Source of the DNA: Eledone cirrhosa
Taxonomy: Eukaryota
NCBI GenBank assembly: GCA_964016885.1
Contig: OZ024749.1
Coordinates: 12,400,001-12,464,000 of the forward strand
Length of the DNA: 64,000 nucleotides
Direction of reading: 5' to 3'
Under the pieces are notes generated by a model that worked only from the letters and a program-made list of their open reading frames with translations, made no database searches and was not told where the DNA came from. This document shows positions 61,708 through 64,000 of this stretch, piece by piece (the stretch's first letter is position 1; every line of letters starts with the position of its first letter). A program made the translations under genes and the position numbers.

Positions 61708-63054
61708 GACATTGTAACTACATCTATAGATGAGTGACATTGTAACTACACCAATAGATGAGTGACATTGTAACTACACCAATAGATGAGTGACATTGTA
61801 ACTACACCAATAGATGAGTGACATTGTAACTACACCAATAGATGAGTGGCATTGTAACTACACCAATAGATGAGTGACATTGTAACTACACCAATAGATG
61901 AGTGGCGTTGTAACTACACCAATAGATGAGTGACATTGTAACTGCACCAATAGATGAGTGGCGTTGTAACTACACCAATAGATGAGTGACATTGTAACTA
62001 CACCAATAGATGAGTGACATTGTAACTGCACCAATAGATGAGTGGCGTTGTAACTACACCAATAGATGAGTGACATTGTAACTACACCAATAGATGAGTG
62101 ACATTATAACTACACCAATAGATGAGTGGCATTGTAACTACACCAATAGATGAGTGACATTGTAACTACACCAATAGATGAGTGACATTGTAACTACACC
62201 AATAGATGAGTGGCATTGTAACTACACCTATAGATGAGTGGCATTGTAACTACACCAATAGATGAGTGATATTGTAACTACACCAATAGATGAGTGACAT
62301 TGTAACTACACCAATAGATGAGTGACATTGTAACTACACCAATAGATGAGTGACGTTGTAACTACACCAATAGATGAGTGACATTGTAACTACACCAATA
62401 GATGAGTGACGTTGTAACTACACCAATAGATGAGTGACATTGTAACTACACCAATAGATGAGTGGCGTTGTAACTACACCAATAGATGAGTGACGTTGTA
62501 ACTACACCAATAGATGAGTGACATTGTAACTACACCAATAGATGAGTGGCATTGTAACTACACCTATAGATGAGTGGCATTGTAACTACACCAATAGATG
62601 AGTGGCATTGTAACTACACCAATAGATGAGTGGCATTGTAACTACACCTATAGATGAGTGGCATTGTAACTACACCTATAGATGAGTGGCATTGTAACTA
62701 CACCAATAGATGAGTGACATTGTAACTACACCAATAGATGAGTGGCGTTGTAACTACACCAATAGATGAGTGGCATTGTAACTACACCAATAGATGAGTG
62801 GCATTGTAACTACACCAATAGATGAGTGGCATTGTAACTACACCAATAGATGAGTGACATTGTAACTACACCAATAGATGAGTGACATTGTAACTACACC
62901 AATAGATGAGTGGCATTGTAACTACACCAATAGATGAGTGACATTGTAACTACACCTATAGATGAGTGACATTGTAACTACACCAATAGATGAGTGACAT
63001 TGTAACTACACCAATAGATGAGTGGTGTTGTAACTACACCAATAGATGAGCGGC
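61708..63054. repeat. 28-bp minisatellite (~48 units)
   Basis: Unit GTG(A/G)CATTGTAACTACACCAATAGATGA. Confidence 0.97.
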
Positions 63055-63121
63055 GTTTTTGTGACATGATGAAATCAATTTTCTTGGAAAATATTGTGAA
63101 AAAAAACAACAAACAATACAA

Positions 63122-63457
63122 ATCATCATCATCATCATTTTACGCCCACTTTTCCCTGCTTGCAAGGGTGAGACAGGAACTGATTCTGGCTTGATTTCTA
63201 CAGCTGGATGCCCTTCCTAACACCAACCCCATTTACAGTGAGTGCTGGGTGCTTTTTTTGCCGTGGCACCTCCACAACCACTTTGCAGTGGAATGATAGG
63301 GATCCCAGTCCCTATCATCTCATTTCTACAGCTGAGTAAACTGGAGCAAAGTGAAATAAAGTGTCTTGCTCAAGGAAACAACACATTACCCGGTCTGAGA
63401 ATTGAACTCTCAACATTTTGATTGCAAGCCCAATGCTCTAACCACTAAGCCATGTGC
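63122..63457 (-). mobile_element. SINE family 2 with RTE-derived tail
   Basis: Near-identical to 5461-5800. Confidence 0.88.
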
Positions 63458-63734
63458 AAAAAAAATAGAAATAAATGCAAATCGCAGCCTCAGAGAATAG
63501 GTTGACACTCTGTCATCTGAATTAGGTCAATTATAATATGACACTCCTCAAAAAAGCTAAATTCATATACACCATAGTTTAATTTCAAATAGTATCAATT
63601 TTTTCTGTGTTCTGTAAAATAGGTTTGTGTTGTAGTTAGTATCACTTAACTTTCAATGACTGGTATAACGACAAACCTACTGATACTTTGATCTATTGTT
63701 GGACACCACACACATACATACATACATACATACA

Positions 63735-63980
63735 TACATACACAAAAACTTCATTGGCACAATTAGAGATGCTGGCTGAGAAACAAGGAACTCGCAGATC
63801 TCCTTCTCTGTCTTTATATGTGTGTGTGTATGTATGCGTGTGTAAACCAGCATTCGTTGCCACTCTCTCTCTCTCTGCATTCTAACACTTCTCTGTATCT
63901 CTCTCTCTCTCTGCCTATCCTATCCCTCTGTGTCTCTCTCTCTTTAGATGTCTGTGTGTCTATGTACATGTGTGTGTGTA
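63735..63980 (-). mobile_element. Second, inverted copy of the 61210-61447 Helitron-internal segment
   Basis: ATTAGAGATGCTGGCTGAGAAACAAGGAAC is the reverse complement of sequence near 61390-61420. Confidence 0.8.
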
Positions 63981-64000
63981 TAATTATCATGGGATTAAAC

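Overview
This is AT-rich, repeat-saturated eukaryotic DNA. The SINE/LINE content looks cephalopod (octopus-like), which is an inference. There is no intact host gene, only one good microexon candidate (60332-60370) and one possible recursive splice site (~32799), so the window may lie inside a very long + strand intron. Mobile elements present: tRNA-derived SINEs, RTE-clade LINEs (one with an uninterrupted 797-aa RT ORF, one with a twin-priming-type 5' inversion), a decayed mariner, TTAA piggyBac-type MITEs and non-autonomous Helitrons (one with a Rep fragment). There are about 15 mini/satellite arrays, including a 12-kb 48-bp satellite with a ~2.8-kb higher-order repeat. The most notable signal is a set of minimal type I hammerhead ribozyme motifs (four well-formed, plus degenerate or collapsed ones). 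Several sit in short non-coding fold-back modules stacked in (TA)n tracts. In two fold-backs one arm carries the intact ribozyme and the mirror arm carries a copy lacking stem II. Most ORFs in the supplied track are repeat artefacts. All alignments, folds and family assignments were made by eye; coordinates are approximate unless a TSD or TIR is quoted.
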